Counted from the first letter of the stretch, positions 1 through 10,744 are shown. The stretch: 64,000 nt of DNA from a bacterium (GCA_963675295.2 CAXXKJ010000002.1:4064001-4128000); one strand, 5' to 3'. Notes: generated by a model from the letters alone, not told the origin. Numbers and translations: made by a program.

Positions 1-1
1 C

Positions 2-1453
2 GCCTGGGCACAACTCGAACCACCAGCCAATCTCACGTCATTGTATCTCAATGCCAGCGAAATCCGGCTCGATTGGGAAGCGCCTGGCGGAACCGAAGAA
101 CCCCTCTTTTACTGGGTGTATCGAAATAACATGCACCTGTATATCGTCGAGGATACTCACCTGACAGTCACTTTGCCTCAACCGGGCACGTACACGTTCA
201 GCGTGAAAGCGTTGTACAACAGCGGTTTGTCGCCGGCGTCCAATGAAGTCGAGGTCAGCTGGTTCGGGCCGGGAAATTCGTCGCTATTGGAAACGTTCGA
301 CTCTGGATTACCGGACACGTGGACCGCAGTCGCTCAGGTTTCGACCTATACCTGGTCGTGGGAGGAACAGCCGCACTCACAGTCCTTCACCACTCCTCAC
401 ATGAAGGTGTTGAGCAGCCTCTTCTTCATGGGATTTCCACAAGAGCTGATCACGCCGGAATTCGACTTCACGGATGCGGACGATGTTCAGTTGTCGTTCG
501 ATCACTACATGCAACACGGTGCCTGGGGTGACGAATGGGGGTACGTGGAGTATTCGTTGAACGGGAACCAGTGGTACACACTGCTGGAGTACTACAACGA
601 AAACGTGTCAGTTGAACATGTCGTGCTTGATGTCGGGGCTTCGGTCGGTGGACAGTCGTCGGTAGAATTCCGCTTCAACTTTGAGTCCACATCGATCTGG
701 GGGTACGAGTGGCGGATCGACAACGTGCAGGTTTACGCCGACACCGGCCCGGAAACGCCGGTGATCTTTGACCTGATCCCGGCGATTGTCGATGTCCCCT
801 CCGAGGGGGGAATCGTCTACTTCGATGCGCATGTTGAAAACACGTTGGGCGCGGCGTTTACGGGGGTGAAGTACCAGCCCTTTGTCGAACTCCCCAACGG
901 TCAGGTGCAGGGCCCATTGGCGCAGGTCAACCTGGTCATCGTGCCGTTCATGAACATGTACGTACAGGCGCTGGCGCTGGAAGTTCCGGCGGGTGCTCCA
1001 GCTGGTGAGTACGAGTTCATCGGACGGTTGGGCCGGAACGCCAACCTGTTCCTCGAAGACCGGTTCACGTTCACCAAGGCCGGACAGGCGGCAACCGAGA
1101 TCCAGTCGTGGGATGATCTTGAGTGGACGATGCTCGGATCCTTGTCGCCGGATGAGACCGTGATCGCGGGGGAACCGTTGCCGGTCGAGTCGAGTCTGTC
1201 GGCGGCGTATCCGAACCCGTTCAACGCTCAAACCCGGCTGACGCTTTCACTTGCGAAGGCCTCCCCGGACGCCCGGATCGTGGTCTACAACGTCGCCGGA
1301 CAGCAGGTGGCTGTGCTGCAGGACGGCGCATTGCCAGCGGGCAGGCATGAATACACGTTGAGCGCGCATGACTGGGCTAGCGGTGTGTACTTCGTGCGCG
1401 CAGCGGTTCCGGGCCAGCTGCAGCAGACGCAGAAGATTGTGCTGATGAGGTAG
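2..1453 (+). CDS. Secreted protein, 5' truncated: FN3-like domain, jelly-roll/adhesin-like domain, Ig-like module, T9SS-like C-terminal sorting domain
   Basis: Frame is open from base 2 (AWAQLEPPANL..., the end of a signal peptide). FN3-like LDWEAP...YTFSVKA. C-terminus AYPNPFNA...YNVAGQQVA...ASGVYFVR...KIVLMR. Confidence 0.8.
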   Translation, partial: AWAQLEPPANLTSLYLNASEIRLDWEAPGGTEEPLFYWVYRNNMHLYIVEDTHLTVTLPQPGTYTFSVKALYNSGLSPASNEVEVSWFGPGNSSLLETFDSGLPDTWTAVAQVSTYTWSWEEQPHSQSFTTPHMKVLSSLFFMGFPQELITPEFDFTDADDVQLSFDHYMQHGAWGDEWGYVEYSLNGNQWYTLLEYYNENVSVEHVVLDVGASVGGQSSVEFRFNFESTSIWGYEWRIDNVQVYADTGPETPVIFDLIPAIVDVPSEGGIVYFDAHVENTLGAAFTGVKYQPFVELPNGQVQGPLAQVNLVIVPFMNMYVQALALEVPAGAPAGEYEFIGRLGRNANLFLEDRFTFTKAGQAATEIQSWDDLEWTMLGSLSPDETVIAGEPLPVESSLSAAYPNPFNAQTRLTLSLAKASPDARIVVYNVAGQQVAVLQDGALPAGRHEYTLSAHDWASGVYFVRAAVPGQLQQTQKIVLMR

Positions 1454-1494
1454 AATGTCATCCTGAAAGCAGTGAAGGATTTCGTTGTTATCCC

Positions 1495-1528
1495 AAGGGG
1501 CAGTCACCGCAAATGATTGTCCCTTTTT
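1495..1528 (+). terminator. Intrinsic terminator
   Basis: AAGGGGCAGTCA...TGATTGTCCCTT stem followed by T run, between convergent genes. Confidence 0.65.
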
Positions 1529-1529
1529 G

Positions 1530-2690
1530 CTATCCCTGCGGATCACGCAGGGTGAACACGGACGCCATCACCATCACCAGCAGTCCGAGGGTCGCGGTCA
1601 ACACGAACGGCGCGGAAGGAAACCCTTCCTCATAGATAAACCCGGCGATCAGTGGTGCAATCACGCGGGCCAGCGTGCTCGCCGACTGGAATACGCCAAG
1701 CGCCAGTCCTTTACGTTCGGGGAGCACATTCATGCTGAGCAGCGCCGGCAGGCTGGGCATCAGCAGCCCGAAGCCGGTCGCGATCCCGAAGGCTGACAAG
1801 GCCAGAGTCACCATGTTCACCGGCGCGGCGAGGATCGCGAGGCCGATCCCGAGCGCGCCGAAGCCGGTCGACACCAGCGGACCGTGCCCGAAACGCTTGA
1901 CCAGCCGTCCGACCAATCCCCCCTGCACCACGGCGGCGATGAGTCCCACCGACCCGAGGTACATGCCATACTTGCTCACCTCCCACTGGAAGATGTCTGT
2001 CGTGTACAGCGGCAGAATGGTGGTGAACTGGCTCCAGATGAAGATGACTGCGAAGTTGAGCGCGATGACGGTCAACACCGAGCGGCGCAGCTCGGTAATG
2101 TGCCGGATCGCGGAACCGCGATCAACCTCACGATGATGGACCCGTTCCGGCTCACGTACGAAGATGAACGCGTAGACCGTTGCCAGGAGCGCCACCCCGG
2201 CAGCGATGGTGGCGGAGAGATCCGGCATCCGAGCGTACAACATCGCACCCACCGGCGGTCCGACCACAAACGCCAGCGCGAAGGACGCACCCCAGTAGCC
2301 CATGCCGGACGTGCGTCGGCGCTCCGAGGTCACGTCGGCGACATACGCCTGGCTCAGCAGCACGTGCGACGAACCAATCCCGGCCACGGTCCAGATCAGC
2401 AGGATCAACGCGAAACTTCCGGACAGACCGATGAGGAAATAAGCAACAGCGGTCAACAGCATCGCAGGCAGTAGCAGGATGCGCCGTCCATAGCGGTCGG
2501 ACAGCCGTCCAGCAACCGGCGCGAAAAAGAAATCGACGGCCTGGTTTGCTGCGAGCAGAATGCCGACCAGCGTGGCGTTCGCGCCGAGGTCCCGTGCGTA
2601 CAGCGGTAACAACGGGACCATCATCGCGAAACCGATCAGGAACAGGAACTCGGCGATGATGATGTGGCGCAGCCGTGCGCGGCCACTCAT
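1530..2690 (-). CDS. MFS transporter, TetA/DHA1-like
   Basis: About 12 hydrophobic segments, motif A GRLSDRYGRR, AYVAD, GPPVG motif C. Confidence 0.9.
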   Translation of the reverse strand: MSGRARLRHIIIAEFLFLIGFAMMVPLLPLYARDLGANATLVGILLAANQAVDFFFAPVAGRLSDRYGRRILLLPAMLLTAVAYFLIGLSGSFALILLIWTVAGIGSSHVLLSQAYVADVTSERRRTSGMGYWGASFALAFVVGPPVGAMLYARMPDLSATIAAGVALLATVYAFIFVREPERVHHREVDRGSAIRHITELRRSVLTVIALNFAVIFIWSQFTTILPLYTTDIFQWEVSKYGMYLGSVGLIAAVVQGGLVGRLVKRFGHGPLVSTGFGALGIGLAILAAPVNMVTLALSAFGIATGFGLLMPSLPALLSMNVLPERKGLALGVFQSASTLARVIAPLIAGFIYEEGFPSAPFVLTATLGLLVMVMASVFTLRDPQG

Positions 2691-3850
2691 TTGACCGTCT
2701 CCGGCTTTTTAATCGCTCCGCGCAGAAAGATGATGGAGGAAATCGCCGCCCCGACCGCAATCATTGAGCCGACACCGAACGGCGCGTTCGGGCTGATCAG
2801 GTCATACAACGCGCCTCCTGCCAACGGGCCGATCATCCGTGCGAGGCTGCCCATCGACTGGAACGAGCCGAGCACCTGTCCCTGATGTCCAGCGGGCGCC
2901 TCCTGGCTGGCGAGGCTGGACAGCGAGGGCAGGGTCAACGCAAATCCGAACGCGTTGATTACGCCACCAACATACAGGTAGACCACGTCCCCCACCCTGC
3001 TGAATAGAAACAGACCAATCGCCATCAGGAACAGACCGACCCGTACCAGGTTGCGTTCGCCGAAGCGTTCGGATAATCGTCCGATCAACCCGCCCTGTAT
3101 GATCGCCGATATCCCTCCGACCATGGCAAGGAACAGCCCGTTGTTCTTTTCGTTCCAGCCGAGCGTGTGCACCGTGAACAGCACCAGCATGCTCTGCAGC
3201 AACGCCTGCGAGAAGACGGTGATGAACTGGAAGGACATCAGCACGCCGAGCACTTTTGTCAGCCACTCGCCCGGCTTGATCCTGCGCGGCTTGTAGTCGG
3301 TGTGTTTTTCCGGCTCGGGCAGCATGAACAGCGCCCAGATCGCGGTCACCGCCGCCAGTCCGGCCGCTATGAAAGAGGGCATGCCCTCGTGCATCTCGAA
3401 GGTCAACGCGGTCAGCGATGGTCCGATCACGAAGCCGACGCCGAACGCCGCACCGAACAGTCCCATCCCGCGCGCGCGTTTCTCCGGCGGGGTCACGTCC
3501 GCGATGTACGCCTGCGCGACGGTAATATCCGCGCCACCGATCCCGGCGAGTATACGGCTGGCGTACAGCAACCACAGTTGGTCAGCGAGTCCAAAGATGA
3601 CGTAACTGGCGCTGGTCAGGAGCAGAGCGAAAATGAGCACCGGGCGGCGTCCGATCCGGTCGCTGATGCGTCCTGCGATTGGCGCGAGCAGGAACTGCAT
3701 CAGGCTGTAGGTCATCACCAGCATACCGACCTGGAATCCGCCGGCGCCGAAGCGCTCCGCGTAAACCGGCATCAGTGGGATGACAATCCCGAACCCGATC
3801 AGGGCGATGAAAACGGTGGACAGAATGATCGCCAGCGGCGATTTTTGCAT
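2687..3850 (-). CDS. MFS transporter, TetA/DHA1-like
   Basis: GRISDRIGRR, AQAYIADVT..RARGMG, GFVIGP. ATGA overlap with the downstream paralog. Confidence 0.92.
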   Translation of the reverse strand: MQKSPLAIILSTVFIALIGFGIVIPLMPVYAERFGAGGFQVGMLVMTYSLMQFLLAPIAGRISDRIGRRPVLIFALLLTSASYVIFGLADQLWLLYASRILAGIGGADITVAQAYIADVTPPEKRARGMGLFGAAFGVGFVIGPSLTALTFEMHEGMPSFIAAGLAAVTAIWALFMLPEPEKHTDYKPRRIKPGEWLTKVLGVLMSFQFITVFSQALLQSMLVLFTVHTLGWNEKNNGLFLAMVGGISAIIQGGLIGRLSERFGERNLVRVGLFLMAIGLFLFSRVGDVVYLYVGGVINAFGFALTLPSLSSLASQEAPAGHQGQVLGSFQSMGSLARMIGPLAGGALYDLISPNAPFGVGSMIAVGAAISSIIFLRGAIKKPETVK

Positions 3851-3961
3851 GAGAGGCTCATTGGTTCGTCAAGTCGCGGGGGAATATACTCGGTGGAGAT
3901 GGCAACAGCCACGTCCTCAGGACGCGGCTGTTGTCAATGAGATCCCGAATGCCGGGTATAC

Positions 3962-5137
3962 TTACAGGACGAGTTCCAGTTCCACTACTTCCTCGCGGGC
4001 GAGTACGACACGTTTCGGCTGGATCGCGCCGCCGCGGTGGTCGTGAGTGAGGATTACCGTGGGTTTCTTCGGATCGAGCGGGCTGTTCGCGATGACGATC
4101 CCGCCACAACCCGTGAACTGCGGGTTTGAGCATTTCTTGATGTTGATGTGTGCGCCCATCGGGTACAGCTGCACGATCTTCACCAGCTCGCGAACGATGT
4201 GCGTGTTCCAATGCACGCCGGAATCCTTCACCAGCTTGGCGAGTGCTTGCTCCGGTGTGTGCAGCTTGCCCCCGGACCGGCCGGAAACGAATGCGTCATA
4301 CTTGTTCGTGATCGCGACGATCATCGACAACGGATAAATCGCGTACCGTGCCGGATCTGCCTCCAGCTCCAGTGGTGTATCGTCCCCACTCAGACCTTCC
4401 GGGTAGCCGGATCCATCGAGGCACTCATGATGCTGATGGACGATTGTCTGCTCGGCCCGGTTGTCGGGACGCGCCTGCCGGATCAGCAACATCGACAATG
4501 TCGGGTGTTCTTCGATCAGGTCACGCGACAGCTCTTCCGAGCCGTTATTCGTCGCGGCGGTCAGCACCCAGATACCGGCATCATGCAGCAACGAGGCCAA
4601 CGCCACCGTCTTCAGTTGCTCTTCGGGCAGGTTCAGCGACCGGCCCAGCAACACGGACAGGACCGCGACGTCCAGCGCGTGATCGATATCCGAAGTTGCC
4701 TTGTTCCGGACGGGCAAAGAAGAATACAGCCGCACATCGCGCCGCAGCACCTGCTCCAGAATATCTCCGGCTGCCTGTTCAAACCGGGTGTAGGGCAGCA
4801 GGTTGTGCAGGTTCATCGACTGCTTCAGCTCGTTGACGATGTTCTCGGGATCGAGTTTGCTGAGGGCTTCGTTGGATCGCAGGTCTTCCAGTGCCTGCGA
4901 GAACGACTTGGAATTGGCACTTCGGATGGAGTCGCCGATCAGGTCCTGGGGAGTAACGAAATCACCGTTTTCCGTTTCCCAGACGTACACATACGTGTAC
5001 CGCCGGCGATTTAAAAGATCAATCATGTCGCGGTCGAGCCGTGAGCCCACGGGCAATTCGATCTCGCGCCGTTCGTTGTAGAGAGAACGGCCCAAGACCT
5101 GTCCGGGCTTAAGACTGTCGACTCGGGCGAGTTGCAT
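3962..5137 (-). CDS. HD-GYP domain protein (c-di-GMP phosphodiesterase family, partly degenerate)
   Basis: DHALDVA, LLHDAG, HQHHECLDGSGYP motifs; N-terminal LKPGQVLGR extension typical of stand-alone HD-GYP proteins. Confidence 0.85.
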   Translation of the reverse strand: MQLARVDSLKPGQVLGRSLYNERREIELPVGSRLDRDMIDLLNRRRYTYVYVWETENGDFVTPQDLIGDSIRSANSKSFSQALEDLRSNEALSKLDPENIVNELKQSMNLHNLLPYTRFEQAAGDILEQVLRRDVRLYSSLPVRNKATSDIDHALDVAVLSVLLGRSLNLPEEQLKTVALASLLHDAGIWVLTAATNNGSEELSRDLIEEHPTLSMLLIRQARPDNRAEQTIVHQHHECLDGSGYPEGLSGDDTPLELEADPARYAIYPLSMIVAITNKYDAFVSGRSGGKLHTPEQALAKLVKDSGVHWNTHIVRELVKIVQLYPMGAHINIKKCSNPQFTGCGGIVIANSPLDPKKPTVILTHDHRGGAIQPKRVVLAREEVVELELVL

Positions 5138-5431
5138 GCTTGCGATCTTTTAAAGTTCTGAAGGTGAACGTTCTTTTACGCGTTCTTAAGATAATACTCA
5201 AAATACCCGAAAGAAACCAAAGATAGTTTTATTGAAATTACGTATGCCTCTGAGAGATTCGCTATTTTTTCGGGATTCAGTACGATACAAGTCTAAACGT
5301 ACGTAAAACGAGGCAAATTCGCGCGCCGTTATCGCGAAAAAGTGAATGTAGCGAGATTCGGCAGGAAAGGCTTTGAGTGAACCGTGTTGAATAAACCGCT
5401 CCTGCGTGAAAGATAGCACAAGCTCCCCGAT

Positions 5432-5469
5432 AAAAAAACGGATCCGGGAAAAATGCTCCCGGGTCCGTT
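5432..5469 (-). terminator. Intrinsic terminator after the OsmC gene
   Basis: Minus strand AACGGACCCGGGA-GCATTTT-TCCCGGATCCGTT followed by TTTTT. Confidence 0.6.
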
Positions 5470-5489
5470 CAGCGGTCTTGGTTGCGGAG

Positions 5490-5951
5490 TTACGCTTGTT
5501 TGGCTTCCTCGATGGGTGCCATGGTATGCGACTCGCCATTCAGGACGTAAACGTATTCGATGTCGATCGTTGGACGCATGACGTCGGAAACGCCGCAGTA
5601 GCGGGTCCGTGACAGATCGATGGCTCGTTCGAGCTTCGCGGCTTCCACATCGCCGGTGACGGTGAAGATGACCTGCAGTTTGGTCCAGCGTTTGGGATGC
5701 TCTTCAGTCTTGGTGACACCTTCGACCTCGACCTGGAAGGTGGCGACATCCTGCCGCATTTTGCGAAGAATGCTGATCACGTCCATACCGGTACAGCCGG
5801 CGAGACCGACGTACGGCAGTTCGGCTGGTCGGGGTCCGAGATCTTTCCCGCCGCTTTCTTCGCGGGCATCCATGCGGACTTCATGATCGCTGCCGGTACG
5901 AGCGACAAACTCCATGCCACGTGTCAGTGTGGCCAATGCAATCCTGGGCAT
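5490..5951 (-). CDS. OsmC/YhfA family protein
   Basis: GPRPAEL...LAGCTGMDV..ILRKMR and SRTRYCGV two-Cys signature. Confidence 0.9.
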   Translation of the reverse strand: MPRIALATLTRGMEFVARTGSDHEVRMDAREESGGKDLGPRPAELPYVGLAGCTGMDVISILRKMRQDVATFQVEVEGVTKTEEHPKRWTKLQVIFTVTGDVEAAKLERAIDLSRTRYCGVSDVMRPTIDIEYVYVLNGESHTMAPIEEAKQA

Positions 5952-6301
5952 GACCTCTCCTCTAGATTTCGAACTCCATTATCGGAGTGTTGAGTTTACG
6001 AAACAGCAGCCTTGCCGTGCCGCAGCTTGTTGCTCAAGTTGCCACCGGCGAGGCTTGTAGGTCGGATGCGCAAAGGGTCAATTTGATCCAGACCTCTGCG
6101 GACGTCACGGGAGACCGATGGTAGAGCTGGAACTTGAATTTGTACTCTGAAGTGTTGAAACGGGTTCGTTTCGAACGCTCGGAGACAGGTGGAGACAGGC
6201 AAAAAGTGAGTGTTCGCCGGTTGCAAGATGGATTTCCGCATCCCATATTCCCTGTCTTCAAGAATTACGAGGTTTACAGACAAGTTCAGGGGTAGTTAAC
6301 C

Positions 6302-8119
6302 ATGATGTCATCCTTGCGGCGTAACACGGCTGTGGTCCTCTGGATCCTGGTGTTCGCCTTTATCGGCACGATCATTTTCTCCTGGGGTATGGGTGGTTTT
6401 TCCGGCCCGATGAAGCCCGGTGTTGTTGGCAAGATCGGCGACCAGGAAGTAACTCGTGAGCAGTATGAGCAGACGATCCAGGACCGTTTCGCGCAGGAAC
6501 GCCAGCGGTACGAGAACGGCGACATTCCGGAGAGCCGTGCTGAGCAACTTCGTGGTGAGGCGTGGGACGCGTTGATCAACGAAGTGCTCTTGAATCGTGC
6601 TGAGCGTGAGGCTGGGATTGTTGTTTCCGACGCTGAAGTCGCGATGACGATCCGTCATTCGCCGCCGCCGCAGGTTGCGAACAATCCGAATTTCCGTGAC
6701 AGCACGGGCGCATTTGACTGGGCGCTGTACAACCAGGTGATCTCCGACCCGAACAACATTGACTTCCTGCTGTCACTCGAAAATACGACGCGGTTGCAGC
6801 TCGTCCGGCAGAAGATCATGGGCCGGCTGGGTTCGGTGATTCACATCAGCGAAGACGATCTGAAGCGGGAGTACATCCGCCAGAACGAAACCGCGGAAGC
6901 GTCCTACGTGTTGGTTGACCTCCGGAACGTGGACGTGGATTCCAGCCTCGTAACCGAAGCGGATCTTCGCCAGGCTTACCAGGAAAACATCGACGAGTAT
7001 CAGCTCGATCCGCGCCGGACAGCCCTGGTTGCCCGGATTCCGAACGAGCCGACTCGTGAGGATACGGTCACCGCGCAGCGTCTTGCCGAGAGCCTGCTTC
7101 GCCGTGCGCAGGATGGCGAATCGTTCGAGACCCTGGCACAGGAATACAGTGATGATCCGTCCGCCGATCAGGGCGGCGATCTTGGCTGGTTCGGCAAGGG
7201 CCGGATGGTGCCGATGTTCGAGAAGGCCGCGTTCAACGCCGAGGATGGCGAGATCGTCGGTCCGGTGTTGACGCAGTTCGGCTGGCACGTGATCCAGCGT
7301 CTCGAATCCCGCTACAACGACGAGATTCAGGGCGAGGAAATTCACGCCCGCCACATTCTGATCAACGTCGTTCAGAGTCCGGAATCGGTCGAAAGCTTGC
7401 GTAACCTCGCCCAGTCCTTCCAGGAAGAAGCGACGGAAAACGGGTTCGAGCCGGCTGCTGAGCTGTACGAACTCGACATTGACACTCTGGAAATCCGTGA
7501 TAATGGGATTGTCCCGGGTCTCGGCCGGAACGGCGCCGCGACGGCGTTCATGATGAACCGACCGCTCGGCGAAGTGACGCCGGTGTATGAGTTCAACCGT
7601 GCCTGGGTCGTGCTCAAGACGACCGCGGAGATTCCAGCTGGTGTGACGCCGTTCGAGGAAGTGAAGGACCAGCTGCTGCCGGATCTGTTGAAGCCGTATC
7701 AGTACGAGCTCGCCAAAAAGGAAGCGGATCGTCTCTACGCCGAGCTTCCGGAGATGGATTGGGACCTGCAGAAGCTGGCCGACAGCGAGGAAGGCATAAC
7801 CTTCCAGGAATCGCGCCGTCCATTCAAGGCAAACCAGTTCATCAGTTCGGTTGGTCGTGACCACATGTTCGCGTACGTGGCATTCAACATGGAAGTCGGC
7901 GAGGTGTCGAAGCCGTTCAAGGGTGAGAAGGGGTATTACATCATCCACCTCGATTCGCTGACACCGGCGGACATGAGCCAGTTTGAGGCGAGCCGCGATG
8001 AGCTGTATTCGCAGGTTGCGCAGAAGATGCAGAACAACCTGTTTACCGAGTGGATCGAGCAGGAACGGGAAAATCTGAAGATCAAGGATTACCGGTACCT
8101 GTATTACAGCACGTACTGA
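6302..8119 (+). CDS. PpiD/SurA-like membrane-anchored parvulin PPIase chaperone
   Basis: N-terminal anchor, SurA-N-like helical region, parvulin motif [18 protein letters not shown]...FGWHVI. Confidence 0.9.
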   Translation: MMSSLRRNTAVVLWILVFAFIGTIIFSWGMGGFSGPMKPGVVGKIGDQEVTREQYEQTIQDRFAQERQRYENGDIPESRAEQLRGEAWDALINEVLLNRAEREAGIVVSDAEVAMTIRHSPPPQVANNPNFRDSTGAFDWALYNQVISDPNNIDFLLSLENTTRLQLVRQKIMGRLGSVIHISEDDLKREYIRQNETAEASYVLVDLRNVDVDSSLVTEADLRQAYQENIDEYQLDPRRTALVARIPNEPTREDTVTAQRLAESLLRRAQDGESFETLAQEYSDDPSADQGGDLGWFGKGRMVPMFEKAAFNAEDGEIVGPVLTQFGWHVIQRLESRYNDEIQGEEIHARHILINVVQSPESVESLRNLAQSFQEEATENGFEPAAELYELDIDTLEIRDNGIVPGLGRNGAATAFMMNRPLGEVTPVYEFNRAWVVLKTTAEIPAGVTPFEEVKDQLLPDLLKPYQYELAKKEADRLYAELPEMDWDLQKLADSEEGITFQESRRPFKANQFISSVGRDHMFAYVAFNMEVGEVSKPFKGEKGYYIIHLDSLTPADMSQFEASRDELYSQVAQKMQNNLFTEWIEQERENLKIKDYRYLYYSTY

Positions 8120-8153
8120 GATCCGCGAGGCCTCGAAAATCTGTCTAACATCC

Positions 8154-8184
8154 AGCGCCACAGGCAAATAGCCTGTGGCGTTTT
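8154..8184 (+). terminator. Intrinsic terminator
   Basis: GCGCCACAGGC-AAATA-GCCTGTGGCGT-TTT. Confidence 0.75.
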
Positions 8185-8477
8185 AGTCTCAGGGGTCTCG
8201 GGGTGAAAATCGGAAAATGACGATTCTGCGTTGCATGCCGAATTTGGTCAACCTACCTTGTCCGTGCCGGTTCTGCGCCTCGGTTGGGGTCACCATGAGT
8301 GGAGTGCGATGAGGCTGGTCCAGCGAATCGGCCAACAGGTGTTCCACCCCCGCCTTGGATGAGTGCCATCCATCGCCAGGACGAACGATGTCCGCAGGAT
8401 TCGACCCCGGCCGCTGCAATTTGGATTCAGTTGAATCAACATAGACAGGGTGCACGGTTACGTAACGCGAGGAAGAG

Positions 8478-10673
8478 ATGATGAGAGTACGTGCTAGCAG
8501 TTTTTTCGCAGGCCTCCTCATCGTGGTGCTGTTCGCGAGCATGAGCTCCGCGGCTCCGACGGTGATCAGTGACGAACTGCAACCGGTTCTCGCCGCGGCG
8601 GATGAATCGGAAATGGTTCGCGTTGTGGTGTTGATGCGTGATCGCCACGACGTGCAGGAATTGTCGAGCATGATGGACGGGCTTCGTGCTACCGACCGCA
8701 AGGCGCTGATGTGGAACGAAGTCAGCCTGCGTGCGGATCGGTCACAGGAAGACCTGCTTGACAACTTGTACCGCCTTGAGCAGCAGGGCAAGGCGACTCG
8801 CATTCGCTCGCTGAAGCTGGCGAACGCGGTAGATCTTCGTGCGACGCCGCGGGTGATCCGTCAGATCGCTCAGCGCGCGGACGTGCGTGCGATCGAGTGG
8901 ATGAACGACGAGAAGGTCATCCCGGATCCGCCGAATTCGGGTGGCAGCGGTAACGAACTCGATGAAATCTGCTGGGGCGTTGACAACGTCCGTGCGCCGG
9001 AAGTCTGGAACGACCTCGGCTATACGGGCGAAGGCATCCTGCTGGCGATCATCGACACCGGTTGCAACTACGAACACATCGACCTCGCCGACCACATGTG
9101 GAACGGCGGCGCCGACTACCCGAACCACGGGTATGACTTCTACAACAACGACAACAACCCGTGGGATGACCACAGCCACGGCACCCACTGCGCCGGTTCG
9201 GCCCTGGGTGATGGCACCGGTGCCTCCCAGACGGGTGTTGCTCCGGACGCCACGTTGATGGCGCTGAAGATCTTCAACTCCGGCGGTAGCGGTGCTGAGT
9301 CGGACTGCTGGGCGGCGCTGGACTTCTGCATTGAGCACGCTGTCCACGTGACCAGCCTTTCGGCCGGTTGGACCAACGCGTCCAACACCATCCGTGAATC
9401 GTTCCGCGATCAGTATGATCTCGTGAACGCCGCGGGCATTGTCAACCTCGTCGCTTCCGGTAACGAAGGTTCCTGGGGCACGATCCCGAACCAGGTGCGC
9501 ACGCCGGGTACCGTCCCGCCGCCGTGGCACAACCCCGATCAGATCGAAGATGGCGGCCTCAGCGGTGTGATCACCGTTGGCGCGACCGACATCAACAACA
9601 ACATCGCCAGCTTCTCCAGCCGTGGTCCGGTGACCTGGCAGGCGGTCAGCCCTTGGTTTGACTACGCGTACAACCCCGGTGCCGGTCTCTTCAAGCCGGA
9701 CGTGTCCGCCCCGGGCGTGAACGTCAAGTCCTGCAACTACATTGACTCCAACAACAACAACATTTACGACGACTATGCTGATGGTTGGGATGGTACGTCG
9801 ATGGCGACGCCGCACGCTGCGGGCGCTGCTGCGTTGCTGCTGTCGATCGACGAAAACTTCACGCCGGCCCAGATCGACGAGATCCTCGAGACCTCGGCTG
9901 TCGATTATGGTACCACGGGCAAGGACAACAGCTTCGGTGCCGGCCGTATCGACACCTACGAAGCCTGCCTGCTGGCTGAGAGCATGGCGACGGACATCAA
10001 CATCCGCATAACGCCGGAATACGACGAACCGTACTTCATTCCGGGTAGCGGTGGCGTGCTTCGCTTCGCGGCTCGCATTCGCAACAACTACGCGGTGAAC
10101 ACGCCGGGCGTGGTGTGGACGGAAGCGATCCTGCCGAATGGCAATACCTACCAGATCGATACCTACAACGTCGTGTATCAGCCGGGTGTGGATATTGAAG
10201 CCCCGAACGCGGCGGTTCAGGTTCCGGGCGGCGCCCCGAACGGCTACTACACCTTCATTGCGAAGGCCGGTCTTGTGTTCGGCAACCCGATCAGCATGGA
10301 CGAGTTCGAGTTCGTGAAGTTCTCGTTCGACGCTGACGGCGACACCGAATGGTCGATGACTGGCTTTGAGGTGATGGACAATGGCGCGGTTGAAGTGACG
10401 AATGTCCCGAGCGAATTCGCACTTGGCGCGGCGTATCCGAACCCGTTCAACCCGACCACGAGCATCAGCCTTTCGCTGCCGCAGTCGGAGCTGGTGACGG
10501 TCTCGGTGTTCAACGCCCTCGGTCAGGAAGTTGCCACACTTCAGAACGGTCAACTGACCGCTGGACAGCACATCTTCACGTTTGACGGCTCCGGTCTCTC
10601 GAGCGGTGTGTACTTCATTTCGGCACAGGCTGGTGCGAACCACGGTTTGCAGAAGGTCGTGTTGATGAAGTAA
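8478..10673 (+). CDS. Secreted S8 (subtilisin-like) serine peptidase with propeptide, Ig-like module and T9SS-like CTD
   Basis: Signal peptide; catalytic triad AIIDTG / HGTHCAG / GTSMATP; C-terminal AYPNPFNP...SSGVYFI. Confidence 0.93.
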   Translation: MMRVRASSFFAGLLIVVLFASMSSAAPTVISDELQPVLAAADESEMVRVVVLMRDRHDVQELSSMMDGLRATDRKALMWNEVSLRADRSQEDLLDNLYRLEQQGKATRIRSLKLANAVDLRATPRVIRQIAQRADVRAIEWMNDEKVIPDPPNSGGSGNELDEICWGVDNVRAPEVWNDLGYTGEGILLAIIDTGCNYEHIDLADHMWNGGADYPNHGYDFYNNDNNPWDDHSHGTHCAGSALGDGTGASQTGVAPDATLMALKIFNSGGSGAESDCWAALDFCIEHAVHVTSLSAGWTNASNTIRESFRDQYDLVNAAGIVNLVASGNEGSWGTIPNQVRTPGTVPPPWHNPDQIEDGGLSGVITVGATDINNNIASFSSRGPVTWQAVSPWFDYAYNPGAGLFKPDVSAPGVNVKSCNYIDSNNNNIYDDYADGWDGTSMATPHAAGAAALLLSIDENFTPAQIDEILETSAVDYGTTGKDNSFGAGRIDTYEACLLAESMATDINIRITPEYDEPYFIPGSGGVLRFAARIRNNYAVNTPGVVWTEAILPNGNTYQIDTYNVVYQPGVDIEAPNAAVQVPGGAPNGYYTFIAKAGLVFGNPISMDEFEFVKFSFDADGDTEWSMTGFEVMDNGAVEVTNVPSEFALGAAYPNPFNPTTSISLSLPQSELVTVSVFNALGQEVATLQNGQLTAGQHIFTFDGSGLSSGVYFISAQAGANHGLQKVVLMK

Positions 10674-10707
10674 CGTTTTTTGGCAAATACACTTAGGCCA
10701 GAAAAAC

Positions 10708-10744
10708 ACGGGGATCCGCCGAACTAGCGACGGATCCCCGTTTT
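10708..10744 (+). terminator. Intrinsic terminator
   Basis: ACGGGGATCCG...CGGATCCCCGT-TTT after the S8 gene. Confidence 0.75.

Noticed and set aside
8742-10709. Long antisense ORFs, e.g. the 655-aa ORF here and those at 6773-8167, 21603-23252, 25344-26708, 32445-33989, 34205-35809 and 58104-59285
   Set aside because: Shadow frames of well-supported GC-rich genes on the opposite strand; no motifs of their own.
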